DNA of 63,898 bases, counting the filler, from an uncultured Methanosarcinales archaeon (GTDB taxonomy: Archaea > Nanobdellota > Nanobdellia > Woesearchaeales > JAGLXL01), in assembly GCA_964472345.1 (NCBI GenBank). It is 4 parts of 4 records of this genome, joined end to end, with 100 filler letters (N's around TTAATTAATTAA, not from the genome) between each part and the next. Parts side by side here need not be neighbours in the genome. Positions count along the whole stretch, not along the records: positions 37,783 to 56,064 come from CAYYLB010000019.1; positions 56,165 to 63,898 come from CAYYLB010000059.1; 2 more parts are not named here. The stretch is one strand, 5' to 3'. The notes below the pieces were generated by a model. The model saw only the letters and a list, made by a program, of their open reading frames with translations. It had not been told where the DNA came from and made no database searches. Both the position numbers and the translations under genes were made by a program. Below are positions 49,869 to 59,145 of this stretch, piece by piece. Each line of letters opens with the position of its first letter. Positions within the stretch are counted from its first letter, which is position 1.

Positions 49869-50471
49869 CTACCACAGAAAGATGTGCTGCACGCCCACCG
49901 TGACGAACTTCACGCCCCAGGCGATGGTGATAAGGCCGAGCACCGTCGAGATCACGCGCACTGCGTCAAGGCCGAGGAAGCGCCGCAGGGTGTCCGAGAG
50001 GAACAGCATGATGGCGGTGAACAGGAGCACGATGCCGATCGCGATTCCCGTGAGGAACTTGCCGTAATCGTATGAAGCGACAATCAGCGCCGTGATGGTC
50101 GCGGGGCCGGTGATCAGCGGCGTTCCGATGACCGAGGCGATGGCGGTCGCAGAGTTGCCTCTCTTGAGGGAGATGTCCTGCAGCGGCCTGCCGAGCGTCA
50201 TTTTCACGCCAAGAATGCCGAGGATGATGCCGCCGGCGATGCGGAACTCGTCGAGCGTGGTGGTGAAGAGCACGAGCAGCCGTTCGCCGAAGAGCAGCAC
50301 GATGCCGGACAGCAGCGCGGCGAGCGAGATGGCGTAGAGCGCGACACGCCTCCGCATCTCCCGCTTCATGGACGAGGATGCCACGAGAAAGACGCTGAAG
50401 CTGGCGAGCGGATCGACGATGACAAAGAAGAGGATGATGAGCTGGAGCAGCGCTTCGAGCGGTTCAGGCAT
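49869..50471 (-). CDS. marC: MarC family membrane protein
   Basis: FVIVDPLA, FRIAGGIIL, TPLITGPATI. Confidence 0.92.
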   Translation of the reverse strand: MPEPLEALLQLIILFFVIVDPLASFSVFLVASSSMKREMRRRVALYAISLAALLSGIVLLFGERLLVLFTTTLDEFRIAGGIILGILGVKMTLGRPLQDISLKRGNSATAIASVIGTPLITGPATITALIVASYDYGKFLTGIAIGIVLLFTAIMLFLSDTLRRFLGLDAVRVISTVLGLITIAWGVKFVTVGVQHIFLW

Positions 50472-50527
50472 GTGGCACCTTTTTACGGAACCAACGAAGG
50501 AGGGTTTATATGGTTTTCCTTCGGTGA

Positions 50528-50650
50528 GGGGTTTTTGCAAAATGTGCACGAGCCGCGCGAGTGCTGCCAATCCACTGCTACGCGAGAGAATTACTCCGAA
50601 CGAGGCAAGGAGTTGCCGGAGACGCAGTCTCTTCGCAGCGCAACAACCCC
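50528..50650. mobile_element. MITE family B, shorter inverted copy
   Basis: Both ends match 14182-14454 in reverse orientation; no TSD seen. Confidence 0.7.
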
Positions 50651-50735
50651 GTGCAGGGTTACGGCTGACGCATTTCCCGGCGGTGCGCGCCCTTCCGCCA
50701 TAACGCTTATAAACGCGGAAAAAAGCCTCAAGCGC

Positions 50736-51302
50736 ATGGTCGAGTTCAACACCGCACTCGAGGAGTTCCCGCAGGAAGTCCCGCAGGAGCCTGAGACCAT
50801 CGAGCGGCATGTGCGCGACATCGACGTAGCGGAGAACGCGCTGCGCGTCGCGGCAGACCTGCACCAGGCAAGCCACACGGACGGGAAGCACCGCGTCAGC
50901 GTGAGGGATGTCCGCGATGACCGCCTCAGCAAGGACGACGAGCGCGTCGCGGAAGCCATCACCAGGAAAGCAGAGCGCGAGCATGCGTACGAGCGGCTTT
51001 CCGCGGAGCAGGCGACTGGCGTGAGCGGCGCGTATGGCGGGCGGGGGGCGGCGGGCGACGGCGCCTATGGGCATGCGCACGGCGAGGCTGCGTGCAACTG
51101 CGGCTGGCGCGTGACGGCTGCGGAAGCGATGCACCAGATGCTCGGGACGCAGCACGCAGCCGACAAGGGCAAGAGCAGCACGTTCACGTACGAATCAGGC
51201 ACAGGCAAGACGGGAGTGGCGTACGCCAAAAGCGAAAGCCTTGAGACGCTTACCCATACCTACTCATCGCCGCTGGAAGGAAGCCAGATCCAGTATCAGT
51301 AA
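50736..51302 (+). CDS. hypothetical protein with CNCGW motif
   Basis: TATA upstream of ATG 50736; GAYG repeats. Confidence 0.7.
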   Translation: MVEFNTALEEFPQEVPQEPETIERHVRDIDVAENALRVAADLHQASHTDGKHRVSVRDVRDDRLSKDDERVAEAITRKAEREHAYERLSAEQATGVSGAYGGRGAAGDGAYGHAHGEAACNCGWRVTAAEAMHQMLGTQHAADKGKSSTFTYESGTGKTGVAYAKSESLETLTHTYSSPLEGSQIQYQ

Positions 51303-51320
51303 AAGACGGGGAAGAGCACG

Positions 51321-51497
51321 ATGGACTACGGCACGGCAGGACAGGGCAGCACGGCTGCATACGGAGGCGGAGGCTCAGGGGAGTACCGCGCAGACCGCGT
51401 CCGGGAAGCGTACGCGACGGCAGGGGACGGACGCCCGCTCGGCTGCTGCGGCAAGGGATGCTGCTGGTGGGGAAGGGTGAAGAGGGGGATGGCATAA
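51321..51497 (+). CDS. 58-aa Gly/Tyr-rich peptide with GCCGKGCCWWG
   Basis: Manual translation (below the ORF-track cutoff); purine-rich RBS; TAATG overlap with the next gene. Confidence 0.55.
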   Translation: MDYGTAGQGSTAAYGGGGSGEYRADRVREAYATAGDGRPLGCCGKGCCWWGRVKRGMA

Positions 51498-53611
51498 TGG
51501 TTGAATTCAGCACCGGCTACCTGCATCCGATGGACCGCGATTACGGCGGAGCGAAGGTCGAGGACACGAGCACGAACGACGTCGGTGTCGCGCCCATCCG
51601 CGATATCGGCTTCTCCGTCCCGCTGGGGATCGCGGCGCCGAACGTGCAGGGCGTCGCCGCCAAGATCAGGACCGGCACGCGCAAGATCGAGATCCAGTTC
51701 CCCGGAGCAGGAAGGGCGCAGCGCGGAGCGCAGACTCCCGGCGTCTATGGCCAGCTGCAGCGGCAGGCGCTCGAGGAGCTGAGCAGGGCGAACAAGGTTG
51801 ATTTCACGACCCACGCATCATTCTCCGTCATGGGGCTCGCGGGGATGGACCAGCAGGGCAACTTCTCCAAGCAGAACAAGAAATTCGCGGTTGACGAGAT
51901 CAAGCGGGCGATCGAGTTCGCGGCCGACGTGGCGCGCGGCGGCAACGTGACCGTGCATACCGGCGAGTTCCAGAGGCCGATCAGCGAGGAGGCGTGGGCG
52001 CGGGATCCGGAAACCGGCAGCCTGCTCTTCAAGAGCTTCGAGGAAGAGCCGGAGCGGGCGGTGATCCGCGTCGTCGACGAGCGCTCGGGGCAGATCGCGT
52101 CGCAGGTCAGGAAGAACCAGAAGGTGGCGCGGCCGGTGTGGCTTGCCGCGAAGCCTGGCGATACCTATTACGACGAAGAAGGGAACGAGCGTGTCGCGCA
52201 GGAGGGCGAGACCGTCTTCATCGACTACACCCATACGAAGGTGAAAAGCATGGAGGAGCGCGTCCCGGAGCATGACCAGGAGGCCGGGCGCTTCAAGGTC
52301 GAGTACTGGGACTGGGACCGGTTCGTGAAGGAAGCCGGGGACCGCACCAATGAAGCGCGCGAATTCTGGCGGAAACACAAGGATGACCCTGCGGCGTGGG
52401 ATCGCTCCATCTACTGGCAGTTCCGCAACGCCAAGTCAGAGGAGGAGGTCGTGGTCGATCCCGAGGAGGCGTACGTGCAGGCGACGCTCGAGACCAACGC
52501 GGCGAACGCAAAGGGCTGGGCGCTGTACTACGGGGGCGATTTCGAGGGTGAGCTGAAGGACCTCACCAGGCTCCAGAAGGCATTTGAGCTCTACAAGAAG
52601 ATCGAGGACAGCATGGGCGAGGACGAGCTTTGGAAGCTCAAGCGTGAGGCGCGCGGCCTGGCCCGGCAGCTGGCAGGCGACCTTGTTCCGCCGGACTATG
52701 AGAAACCCTCAGAGATCATCAAGGACGCGCTCCGCGAGGTGAAGCGCCGGTTCGAGCAGGCGCGCGAAGCCTCGACATCACAGGAGCAGCAGGCAGCCGA
52801 CGCCTACGAGACCATGCGCCACGTCGTCAGCCAGCGGAAATATGCACTGAAGGAATCGTACGACGCGTACGCGGAAGCGGGCATGGCTGCGATGATGCAC
52901 ACGAAGAAGCTCGAGAAGGAGAAGAAGCTGAGGGAGCCGATCTTCGTGGCGATGGAGCACATCTTCCCCGAGAGCTACGGCGGGCATCCTGACGAGCTGA
53001 TGGACCTCGTCGAAGGGGCGCGGCACTCCATGGCCGAGAAGATGCGGCAGCAGGGCTACGCGGAGGAGGAGGCAAAGAAAGCGGCAGAGACGCACATCAA
53101 AGGGCATCTCGACACCGGACATTTCAACATCTGGCGGAAGTACTGGGTGTGGGATCCCAACGTCAGCCCGGAGGACAACCAGAAGAAGTTTGACGACTGG
53201 CTGCTCGGCAAGATCGAGGAGATGGCCGCGAAGAACATGATCGGCAGCGTCCACCTGACGGACAACTTCGGCTACCATGATGAGCACCTGTCGCCGGGGC
53301 AGGGGAACACGCCGGTCGTCGAGATGATCAAAGTGCTGAAGAAGCACGGCTACAAGGGCCCGCTGATCGTCGAGCCTGGCGCTGACGCGACCACGGACCT
53401 GAGCGACTTCCACGGCCTGATGAAGACCTGGCGGCTCTTCGGCTCGTCGATTTATGGGATTGGCGCAGGCCTGCGCGAGCCGGGGCGGCAGCGGGCGTGG
53501 AGCGACGTGCAGTACGGCTACTTCGGCCAGGGGCATCCGCCCTACTTTGTCTTCGGCCGCTACTCGCCATCAGAAGACTGGACGCTGTGGAGCGGCGTGC
53601 CGATGGAGTGA
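51497..53611 (+). CDS. large xylose-isomerase/endonuclease-IV-like TIM-barrel metalloprotein
   Basis: TTHAS, VHTGE, AMEH, LDTGH, VHLTDN..DEHL, IVEPG, with a long internal insertion. Confidence 0.85.
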   Translation: MVEFSTGYLHPMDRDYGGAKVEDTSTNDVGVAPIRDIGFSVPLGIAAPNVQGVAAKIRTGTRKIEIQFPGAGRAQRGAQTPGVYGQLQRQALEELSRANKVDFTTHASFSVMGLAGMDQQGNFSKQNKKFAVDEIKRAIEFAADVARGGNVTVHTGEFQRPISEEAWARDPETGSLLFKSFEEEPERAVIRVVDERSGQIASQVRKNQKVARPVWLAAKPGDTYYDEEGNERVAQEGETVFIDYTHTKVKSMEERVPEHDQEAGRFKVEYWDWDRFVKEAGDRTNEAREFWRKHKDDPAAWDRSIYWQFRNAKSEEEVVVDPEEAYVQATLETNAANAKGWALYYGGDFEGELKDLTRLQKAFELYKKIEDSMGEDELWKLKREARGLARQLAGDLVPPDYEKPSEIIKDALREVKRRFEQAREASTSQEQQAADAYETMRHVVSQRKYALKESYDAYAEAGMAAMMHTKKLEKEKKLREPIFVAMEHIFPESYGGHPDELMDLVEGARHSMAEKMRQQGYAEEEAKKAAETHIKGHLDTGHFNIWRKYWVWDPNVSPEDNQKKFDDWLLGKIEEMAAKNMIGSVHLTDNFGYHDEHLSPGQGNTPVVEMIKVLKKHGYKGPLIVEPGADATTDLSDFHGLMKTWRLFGSSIYGIGAGLREPGRQRAWSDVQYGYFGQGHPPYFVFGRYSPSEDWTLWSGVPME

Positions 53612-53643
53612 GCGCCGGCTTGCTAGAGAGCAAGAGCATTGGG

Positions 53644-54140
53644 TCATTTACTCTCCTTCATCGCATCGAGAGAAGCAGCAAATGCCCGATACGAATCTGC
53701 CGAGAGATAAAACCCTTCCCCCATCATCCCGTCCAGCAGCGAATGAACTTCCTGCTTTGTAAGCAGTGAGGTGTGATAGGCGAGTGCGAGCACGAACAAG
53801 GTGCCGTGCGCTTCGACGCCGAGGACACGCGCGTACGCCTTCCCGAGCTTATCGTCGAAGAGGAGCATCGCCTTGCGCCCGGCTGCCAATGAGATGGCTT
53901 CCTTCTCCCCTTGCCTGAGGCTTGCCGTCTCTTCCAGAAATCGCGCGATGGAGGTCTCCCGGACACCCACCCACCGGCAATCGCATGCTGCAGCGCCAAC
54001 ACTTCCGGGCCGTCGCTGCCGTGCGTTATCTCACGAAGGACGCTTGGTGGAATCTCGACACGCTGGAAACAGCCCTTGAGCAGATGAAGCATTCCCTGTT
54101 TTCCAAGGGCGATCAGCGGCGATGCGTTGCTCACGATCAT
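53644..54140 (-). pseudogene. DUF3368 PIN toxin, frameshifted
   Basis: VSNASPLIAL in one frame; GEKEAI..LLFDD..GTLFVL in another; switch at (CACC)3 53964-53975. Confidence 0.85.
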
Positions 54141-54448
54141 CGTGCCAGCGCCGCTGCTGCGACATCGCGCTCAACTTCCTCCCGCGGATAGTTCGGCGGG
54201 ATCCCGGCATCTGCCGCCCGCCTCATGAAGTCCGCCAGCGGGAGCCGCGCAAGCTCCGCAGCGCGTCCGAGGGAAACCTGCCGCTGCGTGTATTTCTGGA
54301 AAGCAAGCCGGACGAGCTTCTCCTGAATCGCGCTTGCCAGCAGCTCCCTCAGGACCTTTGACTTGTCCGCTTTTTCTTCTTTTGCGACATACGCAAGGTC
54401 CCTGACGAGCGGCGCCGGAATCCGTGCGCCAACGGTTGTTTGGACCAT
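54137..54448 (-). CDS. UPF0175 antitoxin
   Basis: RHH-like N-terminus, VSLGRAAELA; ATGA overlap with the PIN gene. Confidence 0.85.
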   Translation of the reverse strand: MVQTTVGARIPAPLVRDLAYVAKEEKADKSKVLRELLASAIQEKLVRLAFQKYTQRQVSLGRAAELARLPLADFMRRAADAGIPPNYPREEVERDVAAAALAR

Positions 54449-54778
54449 GTTAACGTTTGCTAATTTTTGTTAACTTATACGCCTTTCGGCTGGTTCGGCA
54501 GCTTTTTGCCGCGATTGGTCACAGCCCAAAGCTCTCCAGCAGGGCCGGCGTGACACTGACCTCAATCACTGCCGCAAGGATGAGGATCGGGAGCGCCGCA
54601 GGACCGATCCGCAAAAGAAAAAATCCCCGCAGCCGGACCGCCGGAAAAGCTGGGAGCCGACAGGGCTTGTGTTGAGTTGAATACCATAACGATGCCGGGA
54701 TTTAACCATAGTCAATATCTACCGGGAATCCCGGTTATATAGAAACCTTTATAAATAAAAATTGATTCCAGGTATTCT

Positions 54779-55741
54779 ATGAGGATGCACTTTCCCAACA
54801 GCGCGTTTTTAGGCAACATAGACCCGTTTTTAAGAGCTTTTGATAGTTCCAACCCCGCCAGATTGGATATAACAGCAAATAAAAAATGGATTTCGATACA
54901 CCCCGTTGCATTGTCCATGGCCGCGGCGTTGGGTTTAACTTTGGGAAAATCGAATATTCGCTGCGAGAAACTTGAAGCGGCATCAAAACATTATTTGGCA
55001 AGGATGAACCTGTTTAAGATTCTGGGCATGAAGTCAGATATGAACATAAAAGAGCATGAGTCCGCTGGCCGATTTATTCCATTGATTCAAATAACCAACT
55101 CTGACGAATTAACAAGATTCATCACCGAAATGATTCCATTGCTCCATCTGGAACCCGAACATGCCCCCCCCATCAAATACATTGTGAGCGAATTGGTCAG
55201 AAACGTCCTTGAACATGCCCAATCAGAACATGGCGCCATTTTGTCTGCCCAGTATTACAAAAAAAGCAACACCATCCGAATCGGAATTGCGGATACCGGG
55301 GTGGGCATTAAAAAAACGATAAACCAAGCTTACGCTGCTCCAACTCACCTGGAGGCAATCCATTTAGCATTGATGCCTGGAGTAACCGGAACAACCCGAA
55401 GAGATTGGGGAACTGAGTATAATGCCGGAGCAGGATTATTTTTTATAAAGTCAATTGCTAAAGTAAACCGTGATTTTTTTATTATTTATAGCGGCAATGC
55501 CCTGTATAAGTTATTGAAAAGCAAGTCGAGCAAGCGCGTCGAGTTGCATGCGGATCCTTTTAAGGACCGACACTCTAAAGGAGAAGATTTTCCTTTCTGG
55601 AAAGGGACCGTTGTGGGCGTAGACATATCTCTGGATGCAACAAAAGAATTCTCTGTATTGTTAGACTTAATCAGAAAAACATATATCAAGACCATCAGGG
55701 AAAGAAGAAAAGAAAAATACAGGAGAGCCAGGTTCATATGA
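54779..55741 (+). CDS. HATPase_c protein
   Basis: SELVRNVLEHA, IADTGVGI, NAGAGLFF, GTVV; AT-rich. Confidence 0.88.
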   Translation: MRMHFPNSAFLGNIDPFLRAFDSSNPARLDITANKKWISIHPVALSMAAALGLTLGKSNIRCEKLEAASKHYLARMNLFKILGMKSDMNIKEHESAGRFIPLIQITNSDELTRFITEMIPLLHLEPEHAPPIKYIVSELVRNVLEHAQSEHGAILSAQYYKKSNTIRIGIADTGVGIKKTINQAYAAPTHLEAIHLALMPGVTGTTRRDWGTEYNAGAGLFFIKSIAKVNRDFFIIYSGNALYKLLKSKSSKRVELHADPFKDRHSKGEDFPFWKGTVVGVDISLDATKEFSVLLDLIRKTYIKTIRERRKEKYRRARFI

Positions 55742-56028
55742 AAGAGATTAAACTGCTTCCGTCGGTTGGGAATTTTGCGGAGAATAAGGATATTGCCAGG
55801 CACCTAAGGGTTGAAAAAATAATTCCTGCTTTGGAAAAAGGGAGGGAGGTTATTCTGGATTTTGGCGGCGTTGATTCCGCGACACAGTCTTTCATTCACG
55901 CATTAATCAGCGACCTCATCAGAAGATTTGGGAATGAGGTGCTTGATAAACTCTATTTTAAGAACTGCAACGAAACGATGAAGAAACTCGTGAATATCGT
56001 CGTAGAGTATATGCAGGAGAGTGTCTAA
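55738..56028 (+). CDS. STAS-like DUF4325 protein
   Basis: VILDFGGVDSATQSFIHAL; ATGA overlap. Confidence 0.88.
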   Translation: MKEIKLLPSVGNFAENKDIARHLRVEKIIPALEKGREVILDFGGVDSATQSFIHALISDLIRRFGNEVLDKLYFKNCNETMKKLVNIVVEYMQESV

Positions 56029-56064
56029 AAAATAAAGAATACAAATAGACCTATTCTCATTTTA

Positions 56065-56164
56065 NNNNNNNNNNNNNNNNNNNNNNNNNNNNNNNNNNNN
56101 NNNNNNNNTTAATTAATTAANNNNNNNNNNNNNNNNNNNNNNNNNNNNNNNNNNNNNNNNNNNN
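56065..56164. other. artificial contig linker
   Basis: N-run with TTAATTAATTAA. Confidence 0.99.
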
Positions 56165-57397
56165 GGCGGCACCAGCCACAGCACGCAGGTCGCCGGCCTC
56201 AGCGCAGGCACAACCTATGTGTATTATGTCCGCTGCAGGGACAGCGCTGGCAACCCGAGCAGCAGCAGCTCGATCAGCTTCACAACGACAAGCAGCGGCG
56301 GAGGCGGCGGTGGGGGTGGAGGAGGCGGCGGCGGAAGCGGAGGGAGCGGCGGAAGCGCCGGCAGCGGAGAAAGCGCACCGGCAGCGCAGGCAGCGGAAAC
56401 AGCAGAAGCCCCCAGCACCCAGGCAGCAGAAGCACCTGCTCCCGCGCCGGCGCCTGCCGCTGCTGAGACGGCTGCCCCCCCGGCTGAAGCGGAAGTCCCT
56501 GCCACCTATACCGTCACGCTCAGCGCTGAGGCGGTCGAGCAGGTTGCCGTCTCTGTCGCCACGCCAAGCTCCGAAGCCGCTTCCATCCTCGGCGCGAGCG
56601 AGCCGGAGAATACCAAGCTGATCGCCGCAGGGCTGCAGCATGCTTCTTCCGAACTCATTCATGCGCTTGATCCAGGCGAGACGAGCAAGCCCGTCGAGCT
56701 GCACATCATCTCGCCAACCACCGGGGAGGAAGTGATAGTGGAGGCGCAGTTCACGCGCCTGAGCGGCGATGAAGGCGCCTACGCGGCGAGTGCCGTTGAC
56801 GCGCAGGGGGATTCGTTTGAGGTGTATGTCGTGCTGCAGCTTCCCGCAAATGGGGACAAGGAGTATGTTGCCGGCCTCGGGTTTCTTGGGCCGCTCGTGA
56901 GGGTCCTGCCGCATCCCGATGACCTGACGGTTGAGCTTGACCTGCAGCGGCCGGGCGATGAGGGATACCAGCCGACGCTGAAGATAAAAGGGCTGTTCGA
57001 GGCGCTCCTGCATGGCCCCCGCTCCGTCTTCTACGAGCTGTATGGCCCCCGTGCGCCGCTGGAAGGCGAGCAGCTGCTGCTTGCGGAGCAGTTCAGCTAC
57101 ACCTCGCAGGCGACGGGAGCGCACACGCTTGAGATTGATGTCGCACGCGGAGCGGAACTGCTTTCCACCCACCGCCATCAGGTGCTTGCCGGGAAGCCGA
57201 CAGGCGACGAGCAGCCAGCGCGGATCAGCAGCAAGGTTCCCGTGCTGGAGATCATGTCTGCGGCGATGGCCATCATGCTGATCGTCTTCGTCGAGGTCAT
57301 CGCCGTGCAGCTTCTCACGATCGCAGAGCTCAGGGCCGCGCAGAGAAGGCCGGGGAAGAAGGCGGAAGGGACGCGCCGGAGCGGGGAGCTTCTCTAA
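56165..57397 (+). CDS. 3' part of the surface glycoprotein starting at 35519
   Basis: First 55 nt identical to 37628-37682 and in frame; poly-Gly and AEAPA linker; C-terminal TM. Confidence 0.85.
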   Translation, partial: GGTSHSTQVAGLSAGTTYVYYVRCRDSAGNPSSSSSISFTTTSSGGGGGGGGGGGGGSGGSGGSAGSGESAPAAQAAETAEAPSTQAAEAPAPAPAPAAAETAAPPAEAEVPATYTVTLSAEAVEQVAVSVATPSSEAASILGASEPENTKLIAAGLQHASSELIHALDPGETSKPVELHIISPTTGEEVIVEAQFTRLSGDEGAYAASAVDAQGDSFEVYVVLQLPANGDKEYVAGLGFLGPLVRVLPHPDDLTVELDLQRPGDEGYQPTLKIKGLFEALLHGPRSVFYELYGPRAPLEGEQLLLAEQFSYTSQATGAHTLEIDVARGAELLSTHRHQVLAGKPTGDEQPARISSKVPVLEIMSAAMAIMLIVFVEVIAVQLLTIAELRAAQRRPGKKAEGTRRSGELL

Positions 57398-57613
57398 GAG
57401 CTTATAGCGAATCTCGTTAATAACCAAACTCTTGCGAGATTCGCTAGAATAGCAAATTGCAAGTAAAAAGTTTGTAAATTTTTGCAATTTGCCATTATCC
57501 CATGAGGAGCTTTCGGTTTGGTGTACCACGCTGGTGCCACATCAGGTCCATCAGTCAACAGGGTAGGCTCTTGACATGAACGATCGCAGAACAAGTGCCT
57601 GCGCCACAGAAGA

Positions 57614-58039
57614 TCATCCCAGCTGATATTCTGTGGGGCTATAAACCCTGCTCTTCAGATTCGGAAACACAATAAAATCCTTCCTGTTCAGCGTCAGGAG
57701 GGCATCGCAGTTCGCTGCAAGAAACGTGGCCGCAATGAGGATATCAGGATAATCAATCATCCTCTTCTCCGTGATCAGGAAGGCGGTAAGCTTGGCTGCG
57801 GCATCGGCAACTTCCCCGCTGACATCAATCCATGCGAACTGGTTAAGCACCTCTTTTGCCGTAAGGACCGCAGCGCGCACATCCTTCCGCAGGTAGGAGC
57901 CGGTGAGTATTTCCGCAACCGTAACGGTGCTCACCACAAGCTCGGCGCCCTTCTGAACTGCCTGCTGGAGAAGCCGGACAACCTGTTCGTTCTGCCGGTC
58001 AATCTCTACAATCACCGACGTGTCGAGAAGCACTTTCAT
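57614..58039 (-). CDS. vapC: VapC PIN toxin
   Basis: LLDTSVIV, VAEI, PDILIAA, LTLNRKDF. Confidence 0.92.
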   Translation of the reverse strand: MKVLLDTSVIVEIDRQNEQVVRLLQQAVQKGAELVVSTVTVAEILTGSYLRKDVRAAVLTAKEVLNQFAWIDVSGEVADAAAKLTAFLITEKRMIDYPDILIAATFLAANCDALLTLNRKDFIVFPNLKSRVYSPTEYQLG

Positions 58040-58284
58040 ACGAGGATGCCGAGCCGCTTCAGCCGCTCTTCGACGGGGACTTTCCGTATCTGCTGGAGTG
58101 TCTTGGAGAAGCTCTCTGGCAGGAAATTGTGCTTCTCGAGCGCCCGGGGATCGCGCCTGCTGATGATTGCGGTATGGCCGATGGTGTTTATCTGGACAAC
58201 ATCGCCTTCACGGATGCCAAGCTTCGTCCGGACCGCTTTCGCAAGTGTTACCTGCCCGCCACGCGTCACAATGACCTGCACCAT
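58036..58284 (-). CDS. AbrB/MazE-type antitoxin
   Basis: VTRGGQVTLAKAVRTKLGIREGD. Confidence 0.9.
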   Translation of the reverse strand: MVQVIVTRGGQVTLAKAVRTKLGIREGDVVQINTIGHTAIISRRDPRALEKHNFLPESFSKTLQQIRKVPVEERLKRLGILV

Positions 58285-58382
58285 GCACAATAGTAAAAAA
58301 AGTAGTATTTATATATTTTACTGAAAAATTTAGTAAAAAGTGGCTACAAAGGTTTAAAAATGGCGTAGGGATAAACATAGGT

Positions 58383-59144
58383 ATGTCCCTCTATCTCATC
58401 GGCCTCGGCCTGCATGACGAGAACGACATCACGCTCAGGGGCCTCGAAGCGGTAAAAAAATGCTCCCGCGTCTACCTCGAGAGCTACACCAGCGTCCTGC
58501 AGTGCACGAAAGAGACGCTCGAAAAGCTCTGCGGAAAAAAGCTCATCCCCGCAGGCCGCGAGCTTGTGGAGAACCGGATGCAGGAGATCCTCGACAGCGC
58601 ACGCCGGCAGGACACCGCGCTGCTTGTGGCTGGCGACCCGTTCAGCGCAACGACGCACGTCACTCTCCTGATGGAAGCGAGGAAGCAGGGCATCGCCGTC
58701 AATGTGGTGCACAATGCCAGCATCCTCACCGCCGTCGGCATCACCGGCCTGCAGCTCTACAAGTTCGGCAAGACGACAAGCATCCCGTTCGCGACACCGG
58801 AGGCCCCGGCAGAGACGCCCTACCAGGCCATCAGGGAGAACCGGAAAAGCGGCCTGCACACGCTCGTGCTGCTTGACCTTGATCCGGCGGAGCAGCGCTT
58901 CATGAGCATCAGCGAGGCGATCGGGTCATTGCTGATGGCCGAGCAGCAGAAAAAGCAGGATGTTCTCACGCCGCAGACGCTGCTGGTGGGCGCCGCACGG
59001 CTCGGAAGCGGGGAGCCGCTGATACGGGCAGGCACCGCGGAGCAGCTGCTCGCCATCGACTTCGGAAAGCCGCCGCACAGCCTGATCGTGCCGGCAAAAA
59101 CGCTGCACTTCATGGAAGAGGAAGCGCTGCGGATGTGGATGTAG
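58383..59144 (+). CDS. dph5: diphthine synthase
   Basis: LYLIGLGL, ESYTS, GDPFSATTH, GLQLYKFG, GLHTLVLLD, LHFMEEE. Confidence 0.97.
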   Translation: MSLYLIGLGLHDENDITLRGLEAVKKCSRVYLESYTSVLQCTKETLEKLCGKKLIPAGRELVENRMQEILDSARRQDTALLVAGDPFSATTHVTLLMEARKQGIAVNVVHNASILTAVGITGLQLYKFGKTTSIPFATPEAPAETPYQAIRENRKSGLHTLVLLDLDPAEQRFMSISEAIGSLLMAEQQKKQDVLTPQTLLVGAARLGSGEPLIRAGTAEQLLAIDFGKPPHSLIVPAKTLHFMEEEALRMWM

Positions 59145-59145
59145 G

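Noticed and set aside
49869..51155. 428-aa MarC with a long N-terminal domain
   Set aside because: The extension runs through a MITE and antisense to another gene; the likely start is 50471.
54481..54666. Possible further MITEs here and at 35410-35490
   Set aside because: Only weak, gapped terminal complementarity and no target duplication.
56296..56370. GGC/GGA low-complexity tract as a phase-variable repeat
   Set aside because: In-frame poly-Gly linker with mixed codons.
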